DNA from: Tubiluchus corallicola
Lineage: Eukaryota; Animalia; Priapulida
Assembly: GCA_030141605.1 (NCBI GenBank)
Contig: JAQGDQ010000952.1
Coordinates: 13,011-77,010, forward strand
Direction: 5' to 3'
DNA: 64,000 bases
Made by a program: the position numbers and the translations under genes. This document shows positions 1 to 13,244 of the stretch, in pieces. Position 1 is the stretch's first letter. The number at the start of each line of letters is the position of its first letter. The notes beneath the pieces are model-generated. The model did not search any database. It was not told where the DNA came from and saw only the letters and a program-made list of their open reading frames with translations.

Positions 1-355
1 AAATAATGATCTGTTGAAGTTGTTATTATTCGGAAAAGATGAATTCAACTATGTTGCTAACTGTAAAATATTCCAATGATACATGACTTTATATTACGTA
101 CTAAACGCTTCCAGTAGTTTCTATCTGATATAAAATGCATCAGTCTTAAATAATCATAATTTAATACTTTCTAACCGTCATTTTCTACTAATGTCTAATG
201 TAATCTTGTAGTAAAACTTGTCAGCTTGTGTAAGTATAGTCTATTCTTACTGTGAATGTTTTTGTAAATAGTGTATAAAGTCTGTTGTGGTGAGGATCCT
301 AAATCATGTTGTTCTAACTGTCTGACCCAATCCTAAATAAATTATGTTTAAACTA
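1..355 (+). mobile_element. Non-LTR retrotransposon 3' end (same family as 14850-15425)
   Basis: Nearly identical to 14999-15425; encodes NNDLLKLLLFGKDEFNYVANCKIFQ followed by the 3' UTR. Confidence 0.75.
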
Positions 356-589
356 AGTAAAGACTGATGGTTGACAGAACGACGTGAAGATGAATCTTGA
401 AAATGAATCAGTTTGTTATATATTTCTCGGAATCTGAAAATCTAAATCAGAAAGTGAAAATGTGTACAGTCTGCGTTCAAATCAGCCGGGGATGACAATA
501 ACAACAAAACTTGAAATTTGTTACGTATAAAAAATAACCCGATCGGGAAATTTACGTTGTACAAATTGAGACGTTGGTAAATCCCTCTT

Positions 590-755
590 CTCACTCCTCT
601 CTCTCTCTCTTTCTCTCTCTCTGTCTCTCTCTCTCTCCCTCTCTCTCTCTCTCTCTCCTTTCTCTGTTTCTCTCTCTTTCTCCCTCTCCCTTTCTCTTTC
701 TCTTTGTTTCTCTCCCCCTCCCTCTCTCTCTCTCTTTCTCTCTCCCTCTCTCTCC

Positions 756-798
<43 letters not shown>

Positions 799-898
799 CC
801 TCTGTCCCTCTCTCTTTCTCCCTCTCCCTTTCTCTTTCTATTTGTTTCTCTCCCCCCTCTATCTCTCTCCCTCTGTCCCTCTCTCTTTCTCCCTCTCC

Positions 899-935
<37 letters not shown>

Positions 936-1035
936 CTCTCTCTCTCATTCTCTCTCTCTCCTCTGTCCCTCTCTCTTTCTCCCTCTCCCTTTCTCTTTCT
1001 CTCTCTCTCTCTCTCTCTCCCTCTCCCCCTTTCTC
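590..1035. repeat. Imperfect (CT)n microsatellite
   Basis: Seen directly; produces the LS/RE ORFs. Confidence 0.95.
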
Positions 1036-1064
1036 GCTGTCGCTGTTGCTGTCTTCTTTCCTTA

Positions 1065-1731
1065 TGTTACCGGTCATGAGATGTGAAAAGGCGCCAATCG
1101 TATTAGCATGGCTTTACCTGGGTAAATTTAAATAACAATTTTTTTACACTATCTGCACATAGACAACCTTGACTCTTAAAACGCGACATTCAACGCTCAT
1201 TTCGTATAGTTGACAACAGGTTAAGAAATTACCGAATATTCTCGGTATAACTGGAGACTAATTGGCGTCTAAGAGAAGCCATCTCTCTCTCTCCATCCCT
1301 CTGTTCTCTGTCAATTGCTATCATAACTGAATCCTAATTGGCGCCGGTACTCAAAGAGAAGCCAAACTGGGTCACTTGTGACGTTGGCAGCAGGACGCCA
1401 AGGTTAGGAAGATGAGCAGACTCCAGGAAGATGTGCAGACTCCAGAGGAAGCAATTTTAGGCCTTAATCTAGTTATGTTCCTTTATTTAGTTAGTTTAAT
1501 TAGATCAACCCTTTCCTGTTTTGATGTCGTATCATAATCATATTGTTACCTGTGTTAATGTCGTATCACAGCATAAACACTAACACATTTCCCTATAACT
1601 GTCACCATACCTACTAATTACGTCCTGAGTGGATCGTTACCATTGTTGCCAAGATAATCTAATCGTGTAATTAGACCGACCTGCCAAATTGTCAAATAGC
1701 AGATGTATCTCAATACAGGTTTCCGGTGAAA
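1065..1731. mobile_element. Possible degenerate solo LTR
   Basis: Starts TGTTACCGG and ends with the imperfect inverse CCGGTGAAA; no clear TSD. Confidence 0.3.
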
Positions 1732-1805
1732 ACGCCCATAATTATTGCAAACATTCTTTAACTCATTAGATGCGAGGTTAATTGATGCTTAGCATAAACT
1801 GTTAC

Positions 1806-2325
1806 TGCGCGTTCACACCTGCGAGTGTTCTCGCCAAGTAACTTGCAAACGGTTTCACACCTGCGAGTGTTCTCTCCAAGTAACTTGCAAACGTGTTCAC
1901 ACCTGCGAGTGTTCTCGCCAAGTAACTTGCAAACGCATTCACACCTGCGAGTGTTCTCGCCAAGTAACTTGCAAACGCGTTCACACCAGCGAGTGTTCTC
2001 TCCAAGTAACTTGCAAACGCATTCACACCAGCAAGTTTTCTCGCCAAGTAACTTGCAAACGCATTCACATCAGCAAGTTTTCTCTCCAAGTAACTTGCAA
2101 CCGCGTTCACACCAGCGAGTTTTCTCTCCAAGTAACTTGCAAACGCGTTCACACCAGCGAGTTTTCTCTCCAAGTAACTTGCAAACGCGTTCACACCAGC
2201 GAGTTTTATCTCCAAGTAACTTGCAAACGCGTTCACACCAGCGAGTTTTCTCTCCAAGTAACTTGCAAACGTGTTCATACCAGTGAGTTTTCTCTCCAAG
2301 TAACTCTCAAACGCGTTCAGACTAG
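1806..2325. repeat. 42-bp minisatellite (~12 copies) derived from a MITE end
   Basis: Unit GCGTTCACACCAGCGAGTTTTCTCTCCAAGTAACTTGCAAAC resembles element ends at ~9686 and ~17151. Confidence 0.9.
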
Positions 2326-2799
2326 AGATTATTATTATTATAATTCTTTATTTTCCTCGGTACAATTAAGCTACGTTTATTATTTACATACAAGCAAACA
2401 CAACATTAGCAACAATATTACAAATTTACAGCAATACAGAAATTATTCCTAAATAAGAATATCACAATTACTCAAGAAAAGTTAGTAATAATAATTGGAG
2501 ATAAAAAATTAGAATATCATCTAGCCATATTATTAACTGCATAATTTTTAGATATATTAAAGACTATGAATTAAGTTAATGCAGAGTTTTAAATAGACTT
2601 CCTCAATAGAGTTTTTAATATAAATGGATTTTACAAAAGTTGACATTAATGACTTGTCTTTTCTAATATAGATACACTCCAGATCTTGATTGTAAGATTC
2701 ATTTCTAGGAGGTATATTGACTAGAGGGCATTCAAGTAGTAAAGGGAAGGCAGTTCGCTCCGCAGTTACACGAGACGTCTGTGAAATAACCTAATTATG

Positions 2800-3284
2800 A
2801 AACGCATTGAAACTTCCTTGTACATCATTTATTATTTGAATGGACATTTGTAAACCAAGCCAAAAGAAATGATTTTATTAGCACTCTGCTTACATTAGAT
2901 TCGGACTATGTTTTCTCTAGCCGGGATAATAATGCTATAAATGCTTTTGCAAATCTTATCTCGCATGAATTCCTATCGTCTTTCGCTCGTATATAAACAG
3001 TGTGTTGGTGATGAAATTTTACAACTCTCGTCGTGTTTTCTATATGCTGTTTTGTTTTTATTTATGATTATGTGAATTTACATTAGAATTGGTAATTATG
3101 TTCATTATAATTGTACTCGCTGTTTTTCATTGTGTATAATGTGTGTAAATTTTTGATACCAAGTACTAAAATATGTTCGTTATCTTTTATTATGTACGTA
3201 TGTAGTGTTGGATTATAATTTGTAACTATGTCTATTGTATAAGATCGTTGTCGTTCAATGTGTCTCATGCGTTGGATTCTAAAT

Positions 3285-3316
<32 letters not shown>

Positions 3317-3408
3317 AATAGGTTTAATATGTTGTAAATGCTTTTAGAAATTTTATACATATCCCTAGAAATAGAGGGAATGTATTCTGTACATAGTTTT
3401 TAAAAATA

Positions 3409-3489
<81 letters not shown>

Positions 3490-3490
3490 T
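2800..3490 (+). mobile_element. LINE 3' end, copy A, with (AAT)n tail
   Basis: Degenerate knuckle-like VHHLLFEWTFVNQAKR, then a ~470-bp segment repeated at 4113-4575, then (AAT)n. Confidence 0.6.
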
Positions 3491-4112
3491 CCTTGTCCAA
3501 TAAGAAAGCTGTGGCATGCTATTTCTGTTTAACTTTGTTGGCGAGTGTTGCGGTTTTAAATCTAGCACTTCTGCCTTCTTCACAACTAAGAGACGTACGA
3601 TATAAGAACTTTTATTCCACCCATAACAAGATATACAGATTGTGGTCAGTTATCAGTCAGTTGGTCAGTACGGATTGTGGTCAGTCAGTGATCAGAGAGC
3701 AAAACTTGCGAGTTTGCTATCAGAAACGAGACTTGCTAGTCTCCTGAAGGCGTCGTTGAGTTTATTAGTTTTAGCTTCTATTGTTTTCAATGAATCCGTT
3801 TATCAGACTTACGCTATTGCGTTGTTTATCCCCCAGCTACGTCCAAGTGAATTTTAGTCGCAGCTGGATACGCAACAACGCATAACGCATAGCACTTTTT
3901 ACGCATTCAATACAATGCCTAGCTATTGTACGAAAAAATCCTAGGACAAGTTAGACGTAACGCGAATTGCATTGATTTTACACTTTGCCAAATCCAATTT
4001 TTGAAATCTGTTTGGATCGTAGCTATTATGCAAAACGTTTCGGTAAAAGATGAGAGAATCACAGCAAGAAGATTTATTTCACATTTTTCATGAAATACCT
4101 GGGGATTTTACG

Positions 4113-4790
4113 AAATGCTATAAATGCTTTTGCAAATCTTATCTCAAATGAATTCCTATCGTCTTTCGTCCGTATATAAACAGTCTGTTGGTGATGAAAT
4201 TTTACAACTCTCGTCGTGTTTTCTATATGCTGTTTTGTTTTTATTTATGATTATGCGAATTTACATTAGAATTGCTAATTATGTTTATTATAATTGTACT
4301 CGCTGTTTTTCATTGTGTATAATGTGTGTAAATTTTTGTTACTAAGTACTAAAATATGTTGGTTATCTTTTATTGTGTATGTATGTAGTGTTGGATTATA
4401 ATTTGTAACTATGTCTATTGTATAAGATCGTTGTCGTTCAATGTGTCTCATGCGTTGGATTCTAAATTATATATATATATATATGTGAATAGGTTTAATA
4501 CGTTGTAAATGCTTTTAGAAATTTTAGACATATCCCTACAAATAGAGGGAATATACATAGTTTTTAAAAATAAAGAATTATAATAATAACGAATAATAAT
4601 ATAATATAATAATAATATAATAATAATAATATTATATAATAATACTAATACTACTACTAATAATAATACTAATGCTAATAATACTAATGCTAATAATAAT
4701 ACTAATAATAATAATACTAATAATAGTAATACTAATAACAATAATAACAATAATAACAATAATAAAATAATAATAATAATAATAATAATA
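4113..4790 (+). mobile_element. LINE 3' UTR, copy B, with degenerate (AAT)n tail
   Basis: Direct repeat of ~2930-3410 with scattered substitutions. Confidence 0.6.
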
Positions 4791-4860
4791 ATTACGAAAT
4801 GTCTAAATTTTGCACATTGCTTGTTACGTATATACATGTTTATTACGCAGCGAAATACAT

Positions 4861-5173
4861 TGTGACGTAGAGCGAATGATGCTTATTCTCTCTGCCACAG
4901 CATAACGTATACAAGCAGTAATAGAGTCAAATTATAGAATCAAGTAACTCCCCAGATATTTAATCCATTATGCTCCATGCCGGCTGTCATTACGGAACAG
5001 GTGCTGAGGTGGGAAACGCACCTGCCCGTCAACCCACTGAACCGACGAGGCCATTCCATAAGGACGGTTTCATACCTGGTATTCAACGCCACTATGCAAT
5101 GGCTTCGCATGGACGAGACCCCTACAATGTAGAAGGGTGGGTCGGAAATAAATGGCATTTCGTTTTCGTAACA
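4861..5173. mobile_element. Small LTR-like dispersed element with internal hairpin
   Basis: TGTGACG...CGTAACA termini; inverted homolog at ~60603-60973; TSD not clean. Confidence 0.45.
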
Positions 5174-5586
5174 CTATATTATATGGTGTACTCTGTTTCC
5201 CATTAGTACTTCGTTATTAAAAGAAGCTGTTTGAGATTGGCCCGAGGAGAGGATACTAAGCCTTTTGAAGACAAAGTTCCTCTCAAAGTGCACTCAGGAA
5301 CCGAAAGAAAGGCAGAAAAGGAAGATTGGGATTTGCGAGGTTCCCTTAGGAAGTTTCTGGGGTGAATATACGCGTATGGCTTAGAGATAGAACTAAATAT
5401 TCAAGCTTCTCCAATGCATCACACAACGCATTATGCTCTGAGAAGTGTAGGAGCAGCTCATTTCAAAAGATTTGTATTTAAAAGCAGCATGAACAATGCA
5501 TTGGCACAATAGCAGTACAGCGCCGCCTGGAGTGAATAGGACAAAGGAACAGTTGTGAATGACGTAATTCGTTCTACGGAACTGAT

Positions 5587-6250
5587 TTAAAGCACAAGAA
5601 ACCCCTTCATAAACATAAAGCTTGAAAAATTCGTTTTGAAATTTTATATCGCTTACATACCGCCTTTTTGCGTGCAGGACTTCAATCGGCAGTCACGCTG
5701 TATAAAACACGTAAATTTAAACTCCCGCGATGACCGTTAGACGCAGCCATTTTCACGACAGGTCATTTGAAACAAGTTTAGATAACATTTTGTAAAGTTT
5801 TAAAAAATAATCAGAGCATTCGTAGCGCACACGTCACTAACTAAACAAAATTTTAAATTACTGTATCTTGTCAAAAATATTAAAAATACGTTTTTTGGTA
5901 AGTGAGTGGCGCACCCTGGAGGGTGAATCAACGACATTTTACCAATTTGTGAAAACATTTTAAATAATTAATAATTTTCCTTTCTAGTTACATAAGTCTT
6001 TCTAGCAGGTAAGCAAAAATCTAGGTAATATAGATTTGCACGGAAAGTCTTTTGAGACATAATTTAACATTGCCTTTTCTTCCCTTGATTTACGTTTGGT
6101 AGATGACGTCATGTAATGGCGACTTCGGAACAGTATTGCAGGAGATTTAAAATGAAAACAAACTAAAATTCCTTTCAGTGTGAGTACGATATACGCATAA
6201 AATTGTTATAAAGTAATATAATTTTTTAAGGCGATTTTTCTGAAACCTAC
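5587..6250. mobile_element. TTAA-flanked non-autonomous DNA transposon (Kolobok-like)
   Basis: Starts TTAAAGCACAAGAAACC; related copies at ~8470-8850, 19700-20517, 37095-37402 and 44058-44536. Confidence 0.6.
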
Positions 6251-6453
6251 TTCAGGTGCCCCTTTTCTTGTCCTTTAGGAACAGTTTTGATTACAGCGCC
6301 GCCTGAAGTGAATAGGACAACGGAACAGTTGTGAATGACGTAATTCGTTCTATGGAACTGATTTAAGAACAGTTTTGATTACATCACTGCCTCGGGCTGC
6401 TCACCTCATCCTCATCTTCATCATTGTCACTGCCATTGTCATTGTGTTCATTA

Positions 6454-7102
6454 TTAACCCAGATGTGTATATAGGTTTTACATGTCAAATGTAGACCAGC
6501 GTTAACTCAAATGTAGATTTAGATAATTCAATTGTGTCTTGGTAACTCAAATGTAGACGTAGGTAATTCAAATGTGTTAACAATGGTTTTCAAGAAATCT
6601 TAAGCGCTTTTGGTAAGTCAAATGTAGACACATGTCAAGTCAAATGTGACATTGGTATCTCAAATGTGGATAGGTGGTAAAGTTTAAGGATGTTAAATTT
6701 AATCTTCTTTAATTTCAATTTAATAATTGCTCCTAAGTTAAAATAACAACGTTATAGGCCTACTAATAGATGCACTATCTTTGGTTTATCTTTTTCTAAT
6801 TTGCACTTAAATAACTTAATTACCGATTTATTCAAAGTAATGCATCTACATTTGACGTACCTAAGTCACATTTGAGTTACCAAAACACATTCGAAATTCC
6901 TATGTCTACATTTGACTTACCTAAGTCACATTTGAGTTACCAAAACACATTCGAAATTCCTATGTCTACATTTGACTTACCTAAGTCATATTTGAGTTAC
7001 CAAAACACATTCGAAATTCCTATGTCTACATTTGACTTACCTAAGTCACATTTGAACTTTCCTGTGTCTACATTTGACGTGTAAAACCTATACTTGGGTT
7101 AA
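6454..7102. mobile_element. MITE with TTAA-CCC...GGG-TTAA ends and internal 60-bp tandem repeat
   Basis: Inverted subterminal TATAGGTTTTACATGTCAAATGTAGAC / GTCTACATTTGACGTGTAAAACCTATA; 60-bp unit x3. Confidence 0.7.
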
Positions 7103-7107
7103 ATTTC

Positions 7108-7652
7108 TTAAGGGAAAACCGGATGATTGTGTAAACACAAGTTCAGAATAAAGAATGCTCTAAAATATTGAAAACTACAATAGCTTTTTTTTAAATCAAA
7201 GCTTAGATTAAATAATAATTACCTCGGATACTCAAATTTTGTTAAACTTTCAAAGCTACGCGCGGCTCAGTGAATCTACTAAGATTGGCAACGGCGTCTT
7301 TTTGTCACGTGCACGTGGCCGACAAATCGAAGACGGTACTGTGATAACTATGATCATGAACTGCAGTGTTAGTTTCTGACTTCATATGACGTAGAGCCCA
7401 TTTTCGCGACATCACGCGTTTAAGCAGTACGCAAACGTGCTTGACGCGTAAGGGAAGACGCCTGCCATTGCACAAACTGTGGTTAGTTTCTGACGTAGGC
7501 AATAGCTGTGTTCGGTTACCATTAATTAACTTTCTAAGCTAATTATTCAAATATAAGGGACAATTGTTAACATTTATAGCCAAGAAGACGTATATTTTGC
7601 ACAGTAAATTAATATGAAATTGAGTCTAAACAATCATCCGGTTTTCCTTTAA
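7108..7652. mobile_element. Kolobok-like MITE (TTAA TSD)
   Basis: TTAAGGGAAAACCGGATGATTG ... CAATCATCCGGTTTTCCTTTAA; second copy at ~19155-19697. Confidence 0.75.
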
Positions 7653-8093
7653 CCCTTTCAGTACCAAATTATTTTTTTAAGAAGAAAAAATGTTTTGGCT
7701 TGGTACTTTTGTTCCCTGTGTCCTGTGCGATACACAACATTCTTTGTCTTGTGCAAAAAAATAAAGTCCGACTTTTTTAAAAACACAACAAAAGCAAAAA
7801 ATGTGCTTCATTTTGCAACTGCTGATAATTTTTTAAAGTATTTAAGACATTTAGTATGCATGCTATGCTGATCTGTACAAAGTCGTCTCTAAAGTGCTGT
7901 ACCTTGCGCAGTTTTTTATGCTATGTAGATTTTCTTGTTTGCCATTTTATCACCATTTTTAGTCTCTTGTTATTGGTTTAAATCAAAATAACTATTAACA
8001 GATCAAATAACTGTCAGTTTTAAAATTTTATTAATTTTAAAGGCAGAAAATATTCTCGTATCCCACAGGATACAACGGATATGAAAGGGTTAA
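7649..8093. mobile_element. piggyBac-like MITE
   Basis: TTAA-CCCTTTCA ... TGAAAGGG-TTAA; inverted copies at 47780-48258 and 53671-54131. Confidence 0.75.
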
Positions 8094-8228
8094 AGATATC
8101 TTAAGCTTAGGCATTACCGGATTTAGGCAGATCTGGGACAATCAGGACAGCAACAGTGTAACCAACAGAAATTAATTGCAAATGCTTAAATTAAATCAAA
8201 ACTTGAAAGTATGTATTTGGTCACTTAC

Positions 8229-8402
8229 CATTGTATTACCAAAGGTTCCGACTACAACCATACAGCTGAGCATGATCACTATTATAGATGATAGGAACGG
8301 GTGCTCCTTAAACGGTTTGAAGAATTCTTCCCTCTCTTTTTCCCAGTCCCAAAAATCGCTAAGGTTTCTCAGCGTCGAGGTGTTGTCGAGGTTGAGCATC
8401 AT
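8229..8402 (-). CDS. First coding exon (58 codons) of a class A GPCR; remaining exons not found in the window
   Basis: MMLNLDNTSTLRNLS (N-glycosylation sequons), then hydrophobic TM1 ending GTFGNTM; acceptor CTTGCAG before 8422 and donor GTAAGT after 8229. The melatonin-receptor-like resemblance is tentative. Confidence 0.7.
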
Positions 8403-8966
8403 CAACACGTTTCCTTGACAATCTGCAAGTAGAGAAACAATTGTGGTCAGGAGATGACAAAAATCATCCTGTCTTCCTTTAAACTCCCGCCATGACCGTT
8501 AGGCGCATCCATCTTAACGGTAAACCGTTTGAAGCAAGTTTAGATAACACTGCGTAAAGTTTAAACAAACAATGCATTTTACTACACACTTCACCAACTA
8601 AGCAAAACTTTAAACTACTTTACATTGGCCAATAAGATAGATAATGAGTTTTTGGTGAGCCAGTGGTGCACACTGGGATATCAGTTCTGTGCCGTTTTAC
8701 TGGCTGGCACGAATGTTTTAAATTATTAAGAATTTTCTTTGCCAACTACGTAAGTCTGTCAAACAGGTAAGCGCACTGCAAGGTAATATAATCTTACACG
8801 AAACGTTTTTCGGAAAAAACTTTAAAATTCCCTTGTCTTCTCCTTTAAATTCGAGCTCATTTTAGTTAACCACGCACGCACGCACGCTCAAGAACACGCA
8901 TTGCAAGCGTTCACAGTGATAACTAAACCCAGCCTTTGTGTTATACAATAATGACTTTCACTTTAC

Positions 8967-9018
8967 TATCATCATCATCATCATCATCATCGTCGTCATC
9001 ATCATCATCATCATCATT

Positions 9019-9078
<60 letters not shown>

Positions 9079-9093
9079 TTCATCATCATCATC

Positions 9094-9125
<32 letters not shown>

Positions 9126-9166
9126 CATTATCATCACCATCATCATCATCTTCATCATCATCATCA

Positions 9167-9203
<37 letters not shown>

Positions 9204-9208
9204 GGTCG

Positions 9209-9246
<38 letters not shown>

Positions 9247-9293
9247 TTCATCATCATCATCATCATCACCACCACCATCATCATCATCATCAT
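8967..9293. repeat. (ATC)n/(GTC)n microsatellite
   Basis: Seen directly. Confidence 0.95.
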
Positions 9294-9683
9294 AATGGTC
9301 TTTTGGTGACATAATCAATCCATTCTGTCCAAATGCAAGCCCAAACGAATTGACGTTCGATTTTTCAAAAAAAAAATTCCACATTTTAAATGTCTTAAAA
9401 TAATTTTCTTTACATCATGAATAATGCCCGCTATAGTAAAATTTGATGATAAAATCTCCAATTATAAATGGTGTGCTTAATTTGCATTGAAAGCAACAAT
9501 TTGCAAAGTCAGGGAAAGAACTCCAGAGAGAATATGCTAATAACGACCTTTAAAAATGATTTACAGACGAAATACTGCACACATTAACTCATGTTTATGA
9601 TAGTAAAGAAAATTCAGCTGTGAAGTAAGTCTATGTGTTTCGTTACGTTAAACTCCTGTAATTGAGCCCTAGCGAAAAGTGTT

Positions 9684-10725
9684 AAGGTGTGTTCAGACTT
9701 GCGAGTTTTCTCTCCGACAGCAAACTCACAAGTGTGAACTGCTTTGCGAGTTACTCTCGGCGAGTTATTGCAAATTCTCAGCCAGTTGTTGTGAGTTGAT
9801 TTCCTTCGAGTTACTGTCTAGCGTGAACGCCTCGATGAGTTACTGTCTAACGCCTCGATGAGTTAATCTCGATACTTCTCGCATGTCTCGCTAGTCTGAA
9901 CACGCTTGCGAGTTACTTGACGAGTTCGTTAAGCGAGAGAGCTCGCTCGTCTGAACACGTTTGCGAGTTACTTGACGAGTTCATTAAGCGAGAGAGCTCG
10001 CTAGTCTGAACACGTTGCGAGTTACTTGACGAGTTCATTAAGCGAGAGAGCTCGCTAGTCTGAACACGCTTGCGAGTTACTTGATGAGTTTATTAAGCGA
10101 GAGAGCTCGCTAGTCTGAACACGCTTGCGAGTTACTTGACGAGTTCATTAAGCGAGAGAGCTCGCTAGTCTGAACACGCTTGCGAGTTACTTGACGAGTT
10201 CATTAAGCGAGAGAGCTCGCTAGTCTGAACACGCTTGCGAGTTACTTGACGAGTTCATTAAGCGAGAGAGCTCGCTAGTCTGAACATGCTTGCGAGTTAC
10301 TTGACGAGTGAGAGAGCTCGCTAGTCTGAACACGCTTGCGAGTTACTTGACGAGTTTATTAAGCGAGAGAGCTCGCTCGTCTGAACACGCTTGCGAGTTA
10401 CTTGACGAGTTCATTAAGCAAGAGAGCTCGCTAGTCTGAACACGCTTGCGAGTTACTTGACGAGTTCATTACGCGAGAGAGCTCACTAGTCTGAACACTC
10501 TTTCGAGTTACTTGACGAGTTCATTAAGCGAGAGAGCTCGCTAGTCTGAACACGTTTGCGAGTTACTTGACGAGTTCATTAAGCGAGAGAGCTCGCTAGT
10601 CTGAACACGTTTGCGAGTTACTTGACGAGTTCATTAAGCGAGAGAGCTCGCTTGTCTGAACACGTTTGCGAGTTACTTGACGAGTTTATTAAGCGAGAGA
10701 GCTCGCTTGTCTGAACTAGCCGTTA
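9684..10725. mobile_element. MITE (Harbinger-like termini) with right end amplified into a 55-bp array (~15 copies)
   Basis: Left end GGTGTGTTCAGACTTGCGAG; each 55-bp unit contains the inverse CTCGCTAGTCTGAACACGC. Confidence 0.7.
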
Positions 10726-11014
10726 ATTAATGAATGTGACGCAACAGCACATATCTTAATAATCAAAATAATTATGACTATTATAGTTATAATTTTAAGA
10801 TGTGTTTATACCTGTGATTAATGAAACCTGTCTACACACGTATTTTTAATTAATACAAGAAATCAATTAAGACACGTTGCAACGCCATTGAAGTGGAACT
10901 TTAATTATCAATTCTAATTAATTCGTGCTTAATCACATTCCGCTTTAATGAGTTACAGTTTCCTCTATCGCACAGTGTTGGCTTGTGTGCGTACCAGCTT
11001 GCAGTCACAGAGTT

Positions 11015-11360
11015 AGTTTAAACATGATTTATTATAGGATTGGATCAGACAGTTTTAACAACATGATTTAGGATCCTCACCACAACAGACTTTATACACT
11101 ATTTGCAAGAACATTTACCGTAAGAATAGACTATAACTACACAAGCTGACAAGTTTTACTACAAGATTACATTAGATATTAGTAACATTTACAGTAAGAA
11201 TAGACTATAACTACACAAGCTGACAAGTTTTACTACAAGATTACATTAGACATTAGTAACATTTACAGTAAGAATAGACTATAACTACACAAGCTGACAA
11301 GTTTTACTACAAGATTACATTAGACATTAGTAACATTTACAGTAAGATTTGACTATACTT
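11015..11360 (-). mobile_element. LINE 3' UTR fragment with 74-bp triplication
   Basis: Reverse complement of ~15185-15425 and ~190-355. Confidence 0.7.
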
Positions 11361-11514
11361 AGAAACGATATAAAAGTCAAGGCGAGTTTTGATAGCTATA
11401 ATTAACTTTGTAGTTCCTAGACTCAGTAGTACATAACAGAAGGTTATGTAGCATTTAGGGAGTCGGTCCCGTAGGTCAGCAGTTTCCTAACTAGTGGTCA
11501 GCAATTTCGATCAA

Positions 11515-12330
11515 CTAGTGGTCAGCATTTGCTACTTGAAAGCGAATTCGAATCGAATTTCTGACTTTCGAACTCGAATCTAACCAAATTTCAGCATTTT
11601 CGTATGCAAATCGAATTCTAATTCAGTTATAACTGTTTTCAAATAAATTTTCGAATCACTAATAAAATTTTGCAAACGAATCTCTTCAAGTGGAGGGGAC
11701 ACAACGTTTTTATTGTTTAATAAACGGACTTATTATAATAAAATAATAAAAAACAGCCTCATAAAGATTATGAATATTATTTTTATGCTCCAGTAAAAAC
11801 ACTAATAATTCGTTTTAAAGATTTTGTAAAGAAATCACAGCTAAATTGTTCTGTTTGCAAGATATTTCTAACGTTTTAACGATAAAGAACGTACGTAGTT
11901 CAAGTGCTGAATTATTCAAATCTATAACTTTAAATTCGAATCGAATTCGAACTAAAAATGTTCTAATCGAATTGGAACGTTCGATTAAATTCTAATACGT
12001 AGTTGAAGTGATGAATTATTCAAATCTATAACTTTAAATTCAAATCGAATTCGAACTAAAAATGTTCTAATCATGTTCGAACGTTCGATTAGATTCTAAT
12101 ACGTAGTTGAAGTGGTGAATTATTCAAATCTATAACTTTAAATTCGAATCGAATTCGAACTAAAAATGTTCTAATCGAATTCGAACGTTCGATTAGATTC
12201 TAATACGTAGTTTAAGTGGTGAATTATACAAATCTATAATTTTAAATTCGAATCGGATTCGAACTAAAACAATTGTTCTAATTGAATTCGATTCGAATGT
12301 TCGAAATCGTGCAGTCAATGCTCTCCCTAA
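11515..12330. mobile_element. hAT-like TTCGAA-rich MITE with 104-bp tandem x4
   Basis: Related to 13245-13642, 17697-17960 and 59926-60289. Confidence 0.6.
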
Positions 12331-12739
12331 TCAACACGTAGGTGGTCCTTCTTTACATACCTTCTCCTCCAATTTCTCCTCTGCTGTTTAATAACAGGTC
12401 CTATGGTTTTTACAGACAATGTGGCAAATCATTGACAAGGAAACGACATTAATTACTTTCCTATCTTGTCTATACAGAATAGCACGGTAGTGATGAGACT
12501 TGTCACACTTCTAGATGATGATCGTGAAATGACCAAAGGTCAAGTGCACCAGACAACGCAGAACTCCACATTTGGTAATGCCTGGAAGCTCATGCTATTG
12601 TAATAGTAATAATTCTTAGCAAGAACCTTACCTAGTTCATTTTTCTTGTTCCCACGCAAAATTCTGCTAGTGAATTGCTCTACCTACAGACTAATGCACA
12701 ATTAAGTAAAGTCCACGTGAAACAACTGAAGTTACTGTA

Positions 12740-13110
12740 TTGGTTTGCCATTTGGTTTTTTAAAAGGTTTTAAGGCAATTCTTAATAGTACTCCACTTGG
12801 TAATCTTAGAATTTCAATAGCCATCTTAAACTTCGGAACTTGACTTTTGAACTCCAAGAAATTTCTTTCGTGCTAATGTATAAATCTTCGTTTTTGGTTA
12901 TGTATGGCCATTTTGTCTTTAGAACTTTCCTAAGAAGCAAAATATGAAATGTTTCAATCTGCTTTTCTTGAGTAATCGTTAAAACACGTGTTTCACTGTT
13001 GTACATGAATATGCCGGTAACATAAACATTAAATAATCGAAGTTTCACGTTAAGACTTAATTTCTTGCTAGTTAACACATTCTTGTATTTAAGAAAATCA
13101 TACAATGCTT
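12740..13110 (-). mobile_element. RTE-like LINE ORF2 fragment
   Basis: LSLNVKLRLFNVYVTGIFMYNSET...LLRKVLKTKWP...NEDLY...RSLRWL matches the post-RT motif pattern of RTE elements. Confidence 0.75.
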
Positions 13111-13244
13111 GGGCGGATATATTTAATATATATATATATATATATACATAATATATATACATAATATAATACATACATACATATTTAATACATATACATG
13201 GCTTGGGCTTTCTATTGGCTATACATGGCTATACAGAAATATTA

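Noticed and set aside
1802-2299. 14-aa repeat helical protein
   Set aside because: A 42-bp MITE-derived array open on both strands.
1-8228. Downstream exons of the GPCR starting at 8402
   Set aside because: No TM2-TM7 coding segment recognised by eye; probably left of the window, though a small exon could have been missed.
9885-10715. CRISPR-like array (also 1806-2325, 26174-27295, 28068-28957)
   Set aside because: Units are contiguous with no unique spacers, there are no cas genes, and the context is eukaryotic.
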